Shown here piece by piece: positions 55,208 through 64,000 of a DNA stretch of 64,000 bases. The stretch's first letter is position 1. Each line of letters starts with the position of its first letter. The notes beneath the pieces were generated by a model, which ran no database searches, had not been told where the DNA came from, and was given only the letters and a program-made list of their open reading frames with translations. The DNA comes from an uncultured Actinomycetes bacterium (GTDB lineage: Bacteria; Actinomycetota; UBA4738; HRBIN12): NCBI GenBank assembly GCA_963704725.1, contig OY969934.1:3040001-3104000 (forward strand). The letters are read 5' to 3'. A program made the translations under genes and the position numbers.

Positions 55208-55702
55208 ATGCAGCCCGAACCGATCCCGCTCTCGGAGGCGAAGACGCACCTGAACCGGCTCGTCAGGAGCGCTGAGGACGGCGACATCCTGTTGATGCGG
55301 CACGGCCGTCCGGTGGGGGCGCTCCTCGGGTACCGGCGGTACCGGGCGTTGATCGACGAGGCCGAGCGTGCGCGCCGGTCCGCTCCCCCTCGGTCCTCGG
55401 CGCTCCTCGACGCGCTCCGGGACCAGATCGCGGAGACGTGCCGCGCGCACGGCGTGCGAACCCTCGCCGTCTTCGGCTCCGCGTCGCGGGGTGAGGACGA
55501 GGCAGACAGCGACCTGGACCTGCTGGTCGAGTTCGGGCCGATGCCGCCCGGCGATCGCGCGGACGCGTTCTTCGGGCTCCAGGTCGACCTGGAGCGGCTC
55601 CTGCGCCGCAAGGTCGATCTCCTCGAGGAGTCGGCGATCACGAACCCGTACCTCGAGGAGGCGATCTCGCGGGATCGCACCGTGGTCTATGCGGTCGCCT
55701 GA
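55208..55702 (+). CDS. Phd/YefM domain fused to an MNT nucleotidyltransferase antitoxin
   Basis: LSEAKTHLNRLV...RHGRPVG, then VFGSASRGED..DSDLDLLVEF...RKVDL. Confidence 0.85.
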   Translation: MQPEPIPLSEAKTHLNRLVRSAEDGDILLMRHGRPVGALLGYRRYRALIDEAERARRSAPPRSSALLDALRDQIAETCRAHGVRTLAVFGSASRGEDEADSDLDLLVEFGPMPPGDRADAFFGLQVDLERLLRRKVDLLEESAITNPYLEEAISRDRTVVYAVA

Positions 55703-56051
55703 CGTCCGGGCGCACCTGTTCGACATCGCTCGCGCCTGCGAGCTGATCGAGCGGTTCACGAAGGGCCGGTCCCTCGAGGACTACGAGGCCGATGCGATGC
55801 TGCGCTCGGCCGTCGAGCGCCAGTTCGAGATCGCGGGCGAGGCCCTGAAGCGCGTCCTCGCCGCGGACGGCGGGCTCGCCACACGCATCTCGGGATCGAG
55901 CCGGGTGATCGCGTTCCGCAACCGGCTCGTCCACGGGTACGCCTCGGTCTCGAACGAGGTGGTGTGGGGCATCGTCGAACGGCATCTGCCGACGCTGCGC
56001 GGCGAGGTCGAGGCGCTGCTTCGCGAGCTGGACTCCGACGTCGAGACCTGA
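55689..56051 (+). CDS. HepT-like (DUF86) ribonuclease toxin
   Basis: AVERQFEIAGEA, FRNRLVHGY. Confidence 0.9.
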   Translation: MRSPDVRAHLFDIARACELIERFTKGRSLEDYEADAMLRSAVERQFEIAGEALKRVLAADGGLATRISGSSRVIAFRNRLVHGYASVSNEVVWGIVERHLPTLRGEVEALLRELDSDVET

Positions 56052-56097
56052 GCACGCACGTCTCCCGAGCGCAGCCGGCTGGTCGGTTCCTTGTTGT

Positions 56098-56283
56098 TCA
56101 CTCCCGCCGCGCCGCGCGCGCTCCGGGTGCGCGCCTCGGCAGCGCGCCCGCTCGGTGGGCGAACGCGATCGCCTCCTCGAGCCAGGCGAGCCGCTGGGCG
56201 GGCGTGGTCAGCTCGAGGAGCTCGCGGAGCCGCCGTCGCTCGTCGGGGTCGAGCCGTGAGGGGCGGTCAGGTGTCCTCGTCAC
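56098..56283 (-). CDS. Small hypothetical protein
   Basis: TTPAQRLAWLEEAIAF; GTGA overlap with the MBL gene. Confidence 0.6.
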   Translation of the reverse strand: MTRTPDRPSRLDPDERRRLRELLELTTPAQRLAWLEEAIAFAHRAGALPRRAPGARAARRE

Positions 56284-57014
56284 CGCTCGCCTCCTGGGTT
56301 CGACCGCTCGCGGACCAGGCGGATCGCCTCGTCGACGCCGCCGGTCCATGGGTCGCCGTGGCCGGGGAGGGCGAGGCCGGCCTCGATGCCCTCGAGACGC
56401 GACAGGGACGCCACGGCCTCGCTCGCGTCCGCGGTGAACGGCGCGACCTGCGGGCCGCGGGCGCCGGTGGTGACGGCGTACGTCGCGAACGCGTCGCCGA
56501 CGAAGAGCACGTCGTGCGACGGCAGGTGCAGGGCCGCGCTCCCCGGCGTGTGCCCCGGCGTGAGGGTCACCCGGGGGCTCCCCGGCACGTCGAGGGTGGC
56601 CCCGTCGCCGAACGTGGCGACCTCCTGCACCTTCGTCGTGCGGAGCCCGCCGTGCAGCGCCGCGTACCACAGGAACCCGAGCAGGGGGCCGAGCTTCGTC
56701 CGGCCGAACCCCTTCGCCGGGTTCGGCACCTCGCCGCGCGCGAGGGCGGCGTCCAGCTCGTGCACCGAGACCGGGACCCCGCGCTCGCGGCGGAGGCGCT
56801 CGGCGAAGCCGATGTGGTCGGAGTGCCCGTGCGTGAGGACCAGCGCGCGAACGTCGGCGACGGATCGGCCCATCGCCGCGAGCTCGCGGGGGATGTCGCC
56901 GTAGAAGCCGGACACCCCCGCGTCGACGATCGTCACCTCGCCCGACTCCTCGACGAGGTACGAGTTGACGATGCTCCGCTCGCCGAGCCGGTGGATCCGG
57001 TCCGCGATCCTCAT
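56280..57014 (-). CDS. MBL-fold metallo-hydrolase
   Basis: THGHSDH, TPGHTPG, GDA, PGHG. Confidence 0.92.
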   Translation of the reverse strand: MRIADRIHRLGERSIVNSYLVEESGEVTIVDAGVSGFYGDIPRELAAMGRSVADVRALVLTHGHSDHIGFAERLRRERGVPVSVHELDAALARGEVPNPAKGFGRTKLGPLLGFLWYAALHGGLRTTKVQEVATFGDGATLDVPGSPRVTLTPGHTPGSAALHLPSHDVLFVGDAFATYAVTTGARGPQVAPFTADASEAVASLSRLEGIEAGLALPGHGDPWTGGVDEAIRLVRERSNPGGER

Positions 57015-57146
57015 CGATGAACCTCCCGACCGGCGGATCGGCACCGAGCCTACCGGGTGGGCTTCCTCTCGGATCGCCCCGCCGCCGTAGGCTGGAACCC
57101 GTCGCCGGGCGTCGCCGCCCCGCGTGGTCGGATCGAGGAGGACAAG

Positions 57147-57671
57147 GTGGAACGACTCTCGGGACGGAAGGTCGCGGTGCTGCTCGAGGAGGGGTTCGAG
57201 GACCTCGAGTTCTGGGTGACCGTCATGCGGCTTCGGGAGGAGGGGGCCGCGGTGACGATCGTGGGCACGAAGGCCGGGGCCGCCCACCGGGGCAAGAACG
57301 CGCTGCAGGCCACCAGCGACGTCGCCGCCAAGGACGTCTCGGCCGACGACTTCGACGCGGTCGTCGTCCCCGGCGGGTGGGCCCCCGACAAGCTCCGCCG
57401 GCACGAGGAGGTGACGAGCCTCGTCCGCAAGACGTACGACCAGGGCAAGATCGTGGGCCTGATCTGCCATGCGGGGCTCGTCGGGATCTCGGCGGGGATC
57501 GTCGAGGGTCACCGGGCGACGGGGAGCCTCGGGATCAAGGACGACCTCGTCAACGCGGGCGCCACGTGGGTCGACGAGCCCGCGTTCCGCGACGGCAACC
57601 TCGTCTGGGGCCGAGTCGTCGAGGACATCCCGGCGTTCTGCCGCGAGCTCGTGGCGGCCATCGCCGGCTGA
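57147..57671 (+). CDS. DJ-1/PfpI family protein
   Basis: FEDLE, PGGWAPDKLR, ICHAG; RBS GAGGAGG. Confidence 0.92.
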   Translation: MERLSGRKVAVLLEEGFEDLEFWVTVMRLREEGAAVTIVGTKAGAAHRGKNALQATSDVAAKDVSADDFDAVVVPGGWAPDKLRRHEEVTSLVRKTYDQGKIVGLICHAGLVGISAGIVEGHRATGSLGIKDDLVNAGATWVDEPAFRDGNLVWGRVVEDIPAFCRELVAAIAG

Positions 57672-57678
57672 TCGCGGC

Positions 57679-57969
57679 GAGTGTCAGACCCGAGGACGAG
57701 CTCGAGCGATCGGCTCGTGGGATCGCCCGCGACGGCGGATGCGCGGTTCCCCGGGTGCGAACGACCACCTGGGTGGTGCGACGCCCACACGTGAGGCACT
57801 GGGCGACGGCGGCGAGACCGGCCTGTCGAACCTCGTGCTCCTGTGCCGGCCGCACCACCGGGTGATCCACCGGGGGTTCGGCGTGGCGATCGTCGACGGC
57901 CTGCCCGTGTTCCGACGACCCGACGGCACTCCGCTCGAGGGCCGCAGCCCGCCGCTCGCGGCCGCCTGA
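57679..57969 (+). mobile_element. Internally deleted mini-copy of the DUF222-HNH element
   Basis: Joins pieces matching about 53944-53956, 54043-54066 and 54902-55145. Confidence 0.75.
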
Positions 57970-58074
57970 CCGACGCCCGCGGCCGTCCCGGCTCGTCGCT
58001 GCGGCCGCTCGCCTCCGACCGGCCGGGTCGTTCGGCCTGTACCGTGCGACGAAGGCCAGTCGATGGTCAGGGGT

Positions 58075-61000
58075 ATGGCCGTGTCCTTGAGCCACCAGCA
58101 CCCGCACGCCGTCGAGGAGTCGGACCTGCTCGCCGCGCGGGTGCAGCGGCGGTTCGAGGCCGTGGTGTTCGACTGGGACGGGACGGCGGTCCCGGACCGC
58201 TCCGCCGACGCCGAGCCCGTCCGCCGGCTCGTCGAGGCGCTGTGCGCCGCCGGCGTGGACGTGCTCGTGGTGAGCGGCACGCACGTCGGCAACGTGGACG
58301 GGCAGCTCAAGGCCCGTCCGGAGGGACCCGGCGAGCTCCACCTCCTGCTCAACCGGGGCTCCGAGGTGTTCCGGGTCGACCGGCGGGGTCAGCACCTCGT
58401 CGAACGCCGTATCCCGACCGACGAGGAGAACCACGCCCTCGACGTCGCGGCCAAGCTCACGATCGAGCGCCTGGCCGAGCGCGGCCTTCGCGCCGAGGTC
58501 GTCTCCCACCGGCTGAACCGGCGCAAGATCGACGTCATCCCCGAGCCGGAATGGGCCGACCCGCCGAAGGCCCGCATCGGCGAGCTGCTCGAGGCCGTGA
58601 CAAGACGCCTGGCCGCCGCCGGCATCGCAGGGCTCCCCGAGGCGGTTCGCATCGCCGAGGCCGCCGCCCGCGAGGCCGGCCTCCCCGACCCCAAGGTCAC
58701 GAGCGACGCCAAGCACGTCGAGATCGGCCTGACCGACAAGGCGGATTCCGGCCGGTGGATCTTCGCGACCCTCGGCCGGCTGGGCGTCCCGCCGGAGCGC
58801 GTCCTGGTCGCCGGCGACGAGTTCGGCTCGCTCGGCGGCCTCCCCGGCAGCGACTCCCTCATGCTCGTCCCCGAGGGCGAGGGCGCGGTCGCGGTCACCG
58901 TCGGCGCCGAGCCCGAGGGCGTCCCCGACGGCGTCGTCCCGATCCCCGGCGGTCCGCCCGCCTTCCTCGCGCTCCTCGAGGACCAGCTCGCGCGGCGCAC
59001 GCGGGGCGACGTCCCCGAGCCACTCGCCGACCCCGAGTGGACGATCTCGGTCGACGGCATCGACCCGCGGTTCGAGCGCGTGCACGAGAGCCTGCTGACG
59101 CTCGCCGATGGGCGCGTCGGCACGAGCGGCACCCCTCTCGCGCTGCACCCGGCCGCGTCGCCCGGGGTCGTGGCCGCCGGGATCTACGACGGGCTCGGCT
59201 CCGAGGGCGCCCTCATGACGTGTCCGGCGTGGACCCAGCTCTCGCTGTGGATCGACGACGACGAGGACGAGGTCGCCCGGATGCTCGACCTGCGCTCGGG
59301 GCTGCTCCACGAGGAGACGTTGACCGCCGAGACGGCCGTTCGCTCGGTCCGGTTCGCCAGCCTCGCCCGGCCGGGCCTGGGCGTCCTTCGGGCGCAGTCC
59401 TCGTCCGGGCCCGTGGCCGCCCTGCCGGCGCCGTCGCTCCCCCCGGGGTTGGCGGGCGAGCAGGGCAAGCTCGACGGCGTCCCGTGGGCGCGGCTCGAGG
59501 CGGCGGAGGGCGGCGTCGCCACCGCGGTCACCGATCGCTCGTCCCACGCCCAGGGCCGAAGCGTGCTCGATCGCTTCGCGGCCTACGTCCCCGATCCCAA
59601 CCGCAGACCCCGCAGGAGTCGCGCCGTCCGGACGACCCAGCAGGCGGCCGAGGCCGGGTTCGAGCGGCTGCTCCGGGAGCACCGCGCCGAGTGGGCCGCG
59701 CGGTGGGAAGACGCGGACGTCCGCATCGAGGGAGACGAGGACCTCCAGCGGCACGTGCGTCTCGCCCTGTTCCACCTCATGGCGTCGGTGGCGGACGAGG
59801 GCGAGGCTGCCGTCGGGGCGAGGGGGATGTCCGGCCCCGGATACCGCGGGCACGTCTTCTGGGACAGCGACGTGTTCGTGCTGCCGTTCCTCGCCGCCAC
59901 GCACCCGGCGGCCGCGCGCGCCATGCTCGAGTACCGCATCCGGCGGCTGCCGGCCGCGCGCGCGCTCGCGAACGTCCTCGGTCGCAAGGGTGCGCGTTTC
60001 CCGTGGGAGTCGGCGCACACCGGGTACGACGTCACGCCGCAGACCGGCCGCGATCGCGTGGGGAACGTCACCGCCATCCGCACCGGGCTGATCGAGGAGC
60101 ACATCGTCGCCGACGTGGCGTGGGCGGCCTCGTACTACGTGGACTGGACCGGCGACACGTCGTTCCTGAACGGCCCGGGGTTCGACCTGTTCGTCGAGAC
60201 CGCCCGGTACTGGGAGTCCCGCGTCCGCTGGGACCGCGCCGGCAACGCCCACCTCTACGGCGTCATCGGGCCCGACGAGTACCACGAGACCGTCGACGAC
60301 AACGCGTTCACGAACGTGATGGCGCGGTGGAACCTGCGCCACGCCGCGGAGGTCGCGGAGGGAGACGAACGGGTCTCCGAGTTCGAGCGGCTCCGGTGGG
60401 TGGAGACGGCGGACGCGCTCCTCGACGGCTACGACCCGCACACGAAGCTGTACGAGCAGTGCGCGGGCTTCTTCGATCTCGAGTCGGTCCAGCTCGAGGA
60501 GCTCGTGCCCAGGCGCCCCATCGCGGCCGACCTGTACCTCGGCGCCGACGTCGTCCGCCGGTCCCAGATCCTCAAGCAGGCGGACGTCCTGATGCTCCAC
60601 CACCTCGTCCCCGGCCAGGTCGCGCCGGGGTCGCTGCTTCCCAACCTGGAGTACTACGAGCCTCGCACGGCGCACGGCAGCTCACTGTCGCCGGGGATCC
60701 ACGCCTCGCTCTTCGCCCGCGCGGGACGGCTCGACGAGGCCCTGGCCGCGCTCGACGTCGCGGCCAGGATCGACGTCAACGACCTGACCGGCACGACGTC
60801 GGGCGGACTCCATCTCGCGACGATGGGAAGCGTCTGGCAGGCCCTCGTCTTCGGGTTCGCCGGCGCCCATCCCAAGGACGACGTCCTCGAGCTCGACCCC
60901 GTCGTGCCCGAGGCCTGGGGCCACCTCGAGGTCCGCCTGCGGTTCCGCGGGAGCCGGCTCAGGGTCCGCGTGTCGGCCACGTCCCTCGAGATCCGGGCCG

Positions 61001-61107
61001 AAGAGCCGACACGGATCCGGCTGCGCGGTGGGATGGTGATAACGGTCGGGCCCGGACACCGGCGTTGGTCCCGTTCGAGCCACCGCTGGAAGGAGACGCG
61101 CGCGTGA
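58075..61107 (+). CDS. HAD-like domain fused to a GH65 glycoside hydrolase/phosphorylase
   Basis: FDWDGT, GDEFG; YRGHVFWD, GPDEYH, KQAD, HGSSLS. Confidence 0.88.
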   Translation: MAVSLSHQHPHAVEESDLLAARVQRRFEAVVFDWDGTAVPDRSADAEPVRRLVEALCAAGVDVLVVSGTHVGNVDGQLKARPEGPGELHLLLNRGSEVFRVDRRGQHLVERRIPTDEENHALDVAAKLTIERLAERGLRAEVVSHRLNRRKIDVIPEPEWADPPKARIGELLEAVTRRLAAAGIAGLPEAVRIAEAAAREAGLPDPKVTSDAKHVEIGLTDKADSGRWIFATLGRLGVPPERVLVAGDEFGSLGGLPGSDSLMLVPEGEGAVAVTVGAEPEGVPDGVVPIPGGPPAFLALLEDQLARRTRGDVPEPLADPEWTISVDGIDPRFERVHESLLTLADGRVGTSGTPLALHPAASPGVVAAGIYDGLGSEGALMTCPAWTQLSLWIDDDEDEVARMLDLRSGLLHEETLTAETAVRSVRFASLARPGLGVLRAQSSSGPVAALPAPSLPPGLAGEQGKLDGVPWARLEAAEGGVATAVTDRSSHAQGRSVLDRFAAYVPDPNRRPRRSRAVRTTQQAAEAGFERLLREHRAEWAARWEDADVRIEGDEDLQRHVRLALFHLMASVADEGEAAVGARGMSGPGYRGHVFWDSDVFVLPFLAATHPAAARAMLEYRIRRLPAARALANVLGRKGARFPWESAHTGYDVTPQTGRDRVGNVTAIRTGLIEEHIVADVAWAASYYVDWTGDTSFLNGPGFDLFVETARYWESRVRWDRAGNAHLYGVIGPDEYHETVDDNAFTNVMARWNLRHAAEVAEGDERVSEFERLRWVETADALLDGYDPHTKLYEQCAGFFDLESVQLEELVPRRPIAADLYLGADVVRRSQILKQADVLMLHHLVPGQVAPGSLLPNLEYYEPRTAHGSSLSPGIHASLFARAGRLDEALAALDVAARIDVNDLTGTTSGGLHLATMGSVWQALVFGFAGAHPKDDVLELDPVVPEAWGHLEVRLRFRGSRLRVRVSATSLEIRAEEPTRIRLRGGMVITVGPGHRRWSRSSHRWKETRA

Positions 61108-61886
61108 GAACGGTCCTGGCGGCGATCGACGGATCCCCGATCTCCCGGGCGGTCCTCGACGTCGCCCGCGAGGTCGCGCGGGTCCTCGACGCCCGGGTCG
61201 ACGCGGTCTACGTCGACGAGGGCAACGGCCCACCCGACGTCGAGGTCTCCTCGGACGAGACGCCGCTTCGCGTGCTCCGGGGCGACCCGTCGGCCGTCCT
61301 CATCGCCGAGGCGTCCGCCGAGAGCGCCGTCGGGATCGTGGTCGGGGCCTGCCGGGAGGTCGGCGGGCCAACGCCGACCGGTCACGTGTCCCTCGACGTC
61401 ATCGGCAACGTCCCCAAGCCCGTGGTCGTCGTCCCACCGAGCACGCCCGAGCGGTACGAGCTCCATACCGTCCTGGTCCCCGTGCTGGGCCGGCCGGCCG
61501 AAGCCCTGGAGAGCGTCGTGCTCCTGGCCGGGAACCCGCAGCTGCACGTCGTCGTCCTTCGCGCGCTCGACGAGCTGTCGATCCCGGCTTTCGAGGACCA
61601 GGCCCACTACGACATGCAGACGTGGGCGGATGAGTTCCTGGCGCGGTGGGTCCCCGGCGCCGCCGCGGACACCGCGGTGGAGGTGCGCATCGGGCCGCCC
61701 GAGGAGCTCGTCGTGGCCGTGGCCCGGGAGGTGTGCGCGGACGTCGTGGCGATCGGCCGGCTGCGGGACGTGCCCACCGCCAGCGCGCCGCTCGTCCTGG
61801 CCGCGCTCGAGCACAGCCCGGTGCCGGTCGTCCTGCTGCCGATCGCCCGGCTGGCGGACGAGCGCGCCACCTCTCGGCGACGCTGA
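61104..61886 (+). CDS. Universal stress protein (tandem USP domains)
   Basis: TVLAAIDGS, GHVSLDVI..VPKPVVVVP, SPVPVVLLP; GTGA overlap. Confidence 0.82.
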   Translation: MRTVLAAIDGSPISRAVLDVAREVARVLDARVDAVYVDEGNGPPDVEVSSDETPLRVLRGDPSAVLIAEASAESAVGIVVGACREVGGPTPTGHVSLDVIGNVPKPVVVVPPSTPERYELHTVLVPVLGRPAEALESVVLLAGNPQLHVVVLRALDELSIPAFEDQAHYDMQTWADEFLARWVPGAAADTAVEVRIGPPEELVVAVAREVCADVVAIGRLRDVPTASAPLVLAALEHSPVPVVLLPIARLADERATSRRR

Positions 61887-61892
61887 CCTGTC

Positions 61893-62123
61893 CTACGCCG
61901 CGTCTTCCACCAGCAGCCGGCGGGTGTGCAGCGCCGGGAAGTCCAGGTTCACCAGCCTGCTCAGGAACGGCCGATCCCGCTGGACCGCCGAGCACTCGAG
62001 CCAGAGTGCCCCGCCTCGCCCGACGGGCGTGGTGGGCGCGTAGCACACCTCGCAGGTCGGCAGCTCCCGCTGGGCGGACTCGAGATAGGCGAGCACCCAG
62101 GTCTGGTCCTTCACCGCGATCAC
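61893..62123 (-). CDS. Small Cys/His (Zn-ribbon-like) protein
   Basis: CEVC...WLEC...HTR; divergent from TetR. Confidence 0.6.
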   Translation of the reverse strand: MIAVKDQTWVLAYLESAQRELPTCEVCYAPTTPVGRGGALWLECSAVQRDRPFLSRLVNLDFPALHTRRLLVEDAA

Positions 62124-62149
62124 CTCTCTGTTGCGTCGATTACTTGCGT

Positions 62150-62171
62150 CGATACGGACCGACTCGTATCG
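62150..62171. promoter_or_regulatory. Likely TetR operator
   Basis: CGATACG-N8-CGTATCG palindrome in the divergent intergenic region. Confidence 0.65.
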
Positions 62172-62203
62172 TAAAGGCGAAGGGGGCGAACGGAACGGGC
62201 CGT

Positions 62204-62839
62204 CTCGGAATCTTCACAAAGGGACCGAGCCCGCGGCGGGGGCGGCCGCGGAGCGAGCGGGCGCACCGGGCGATCCTGGAGGCCGCCCGCGACCTGATCG
62301 AGGCCGACGGGTTCGCCGGCCTACGCCTGGAGCACGTCGCGGCGCGGGCGGGCGTGGGAAAGGCCACGATCTACCGCCACTTCACCACCAAGGAGGCCCT
62401 CGCCCTCGAGCTGCTCATGGAGCTCGCCTCGCCGCACATCGCCGTCGAGGACGTGGGCGACACGCGGGCGGAGCTCCTCGCCTCGGTCACCCAGCCGATG
62501 CGAGCCCTCACCGACAGCCCGTTCGGGCCGGTCGTCCGGGCCCTGCTCTCGCAGATCGCGATCAACCCCGCGCTCGGCGATCCGTTCCGCCGGAGCGTGG
62601 TCCAGGCCCGGCGCGACGAGATCGCGCTCGTCGTGCGGCGCGGGATCGACCGGGGCGACCTTCGGCCCGACGCCGACCCCGCCCTCGCCACCGAGCTCCT
62701 GGTGGGGCCGGTGTACTTCCGGCTGATGTTCGGCGGCAAGCTCGACCAGGGGTTCGCCGAGCGGGTCGTCGACGCCGTGCTCCTCGGATACGCCGCGGCC
62801 ACGCGTGCCGGCGGACCGAGAACGCCCCCTACCCGGTGA
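62204..62839 (+). CDS. TetR/AcrR regulator (start codon not resolved)
   Basis: RGRPRS, VAARAGVGKATIYRHF.TKE, GPVYFR. Confidence 0.9.
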   Translation, partial: LGIFTKGPSPRRGRPRSERAHRAILEAARDLIEADGFAGLRLEHVAARAGVGKATIYRHFTTKEALALELLMELASPHIAVEDVGDTRAELLASVTQPMRALTDSPFGPVVRALLSQIAINPALGDPFRRSVVQARRDEIALVVRRGIDRGDLRPDADPALATELLVGPVYFRLMFGGKLDQGFAERVVDAVLLGYAAATRAGGPRTPPTR

Positions 62840-64000
62840 ACCCCACGTTCAGCAGTCGCAGCTCGAGCGTCGGGTTCACACTCGCGCCGACGACGTTGCT
62901 CTGCATCAGGTAGTTGATGGTCTCGTAGTGCACGAAGATGATCGGCGCGTCCTCGAACACGATCTGCCGGAGCTGCTGGTACAGGCCCTTGCGCTCCACG
63001 TCGTCCGTCGACGTCCGGGCCTGCTCGATCAGGTCGTCGACCGCCGGATTCGAGTACCCGGTCGTGTTGATGTCCCCACCCGTGCGACACACCAGCGCGT
63101 AGAAGTTGTCCGGGTCGATCGTGCGTTCCTGGTAGGCCGACGTGATCTGGTAGTCGCCCGAGATGAACGCGTCGAACCACACCGACACGTCGACCTGCTT
63201 GATGTTCATCGTGATGCCGATCTCCTTGAGCTGCTCGCGCACCACCTCGCCGGTCTTGAGCAGCTCGGGGTACTGGGGCAGCCCCAGGTACTCGACCTCC
63301 AGCCCGCCACCGAGGCCGGCCTGATCGAGCAGGCCCCGCGCCTTGTCCAGGTCCGGCGCCACCACCGCGGCGCCGTCGTGCCACACCGAGCCCGTGGGGA
63401 CCTCCTCGATGCCGGTCTCGCCGGCGCCGAAGTACGCCACCTGGCGGATGGCGTCGCGGTCGAGCGCCCAGTACACCGCCTGGCGCACCAGGGGGTCGTC
63501 GAACGGCGGCTGCATGATGTTCAGCGCCAGGTAGTCGGGGATCCCGGCGTTCGGCGCGGTCACGTAGTTGAAGCTCGCGTCCGAGCTCAGCTCGCCGAGG
63601 TTCTGCAGCGGCACCGCGTCCACCCAGTTCAGCTCGCCCGAGCGCAGGCCGTCGATCCGGCCCTGGTCGACGAGCAGGAAGCGGAACTCCACGCCGTCCA
63701 GGTACGGCAGCCCCGTCTGGAAGTACTGGTCGTGCTTGGCCAGCGTGACGTGGTCGCCCTGGACCCACTCGACGAACTTGAACGGGCCGGTCCCCACCGG
63801 GTTGCGGGCCGGGTCGGCCGACTCGATCGCCACCTGGTTCACGATCTCGCCGTTGTTGGCCAGGTTCGACAGGAACGGCCCGAACGGAGTCTTCAGGTGG
63901 AACGTCACCTGCGTGTCACCCGTCACCTCGACCGAGTCGATCGCGTCGTACAGCGGCGCGTACGAGCTGGCCGTGTCGGGGTTCAGGATCCGCTCGAACG
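62829..64000 (-). CDS. ABC transporter substrate-binding protein, family 5 (5' end beyond the window)
   Basis: PVGTGPFKF, PPFDDPLVRQA..ALDR, YSNPAVD. Confidence 0.92.
   Translation of the reverse strand, partial: FERILNPDTASSYAPLYDAIDSVEVTGDTQVTFHLKTPFGPFLSNLANNGEIVNQVAIESADPARNPVGTGPFKFVEWVQGDHVTLAKHDQYFQTGLPYLDGVEFRFLLVDQGRIDGLRSGELNWVDAVPLQNLGELSSDASFNYVTAPNAGIPDYLALNIMQPPFDDPLVRQAVYWALDRDAIRQVAYFGAGETGIEEVPTGSVWHDGAAVVAPDLDKARGLLDQAGLGGGLEVEYLGLPQYPELLKTGEVVREQLKEIGITMNIKQVDVSVWFDAFISGDYQITSAYQERTIDPDNFYALVCRTGGDINTTGYSNPAVDDLIEQARTSTDDVERKGLYQQLRQIVFEDAPIIFVHYETINYLMQSNVVGASVNPTLELRLLNVGFTG

Noticed and set aside
57550-61886. Very long alternative-frame ORFs (1041 aa and 1347 aa) and similar Arg/Pro-rich ORFs throughout the window
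   Set aside because: GC-rich shadow frames of real genes; only the last 260 aa of 57843-61886 (USP) is genuine

Overview
High-GC actinobacterial DNA (rex, bS22, DUF222-HNH, LexA box, many leaderless genes) from a noisy, probably long-read assembly with many single-base frameshifts, densest at about 33.6-43.1 kb. (1) 1-12.9 kb: respiratory supercluster. A caa3-type oxidase operon (with ctaG and a membrane-anchored double cupredoxin) and ccdA are divergent from a Rieske/cytochrome b operon of the split b6 type (4Fe-4S ferredoxin, cyt b with heme-ci Cys, subunit IV, Rieske, cyt c, 36-aa TM peptide); Rex and two Rex-type operators are present. (2) 12.9-26.7 kb: SigK/RskA-like pair with a DUF4331-TPR-Ni/Co permease operon, S55 peptidase, bS22, a Clp1-like kinase and other core genes. 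(3) About 26.7-58 kb: defence/TA island without an intact integrase. It holds 8 TA-like pairs, HNH, AlbA/Schlafen, DUF262+HEPN, a three-gene RM-like locus, Mrr, DUF429 and DUF222-HNH, interleaved with duplicated gene stubs and about 12 copies (5 exact) of a TGTC(A/G)(G/C)-N10-TANNNT PafBC-type motif, several at breakpoints. It also holds two copies of a possibly undescribed module (motif, TM effector-like gene, Pro-rich peptide). A 1.3-kb T/G/A homopolymer block at 39.5-40.8 kb is most likely a basecalling or assembly artefact. (4) 58-64 kb: HAD-GH65 fusion, USP, TetR and an ABC substrate-binding protein. All family calls come from motif recognition by eye; no database searches were run.
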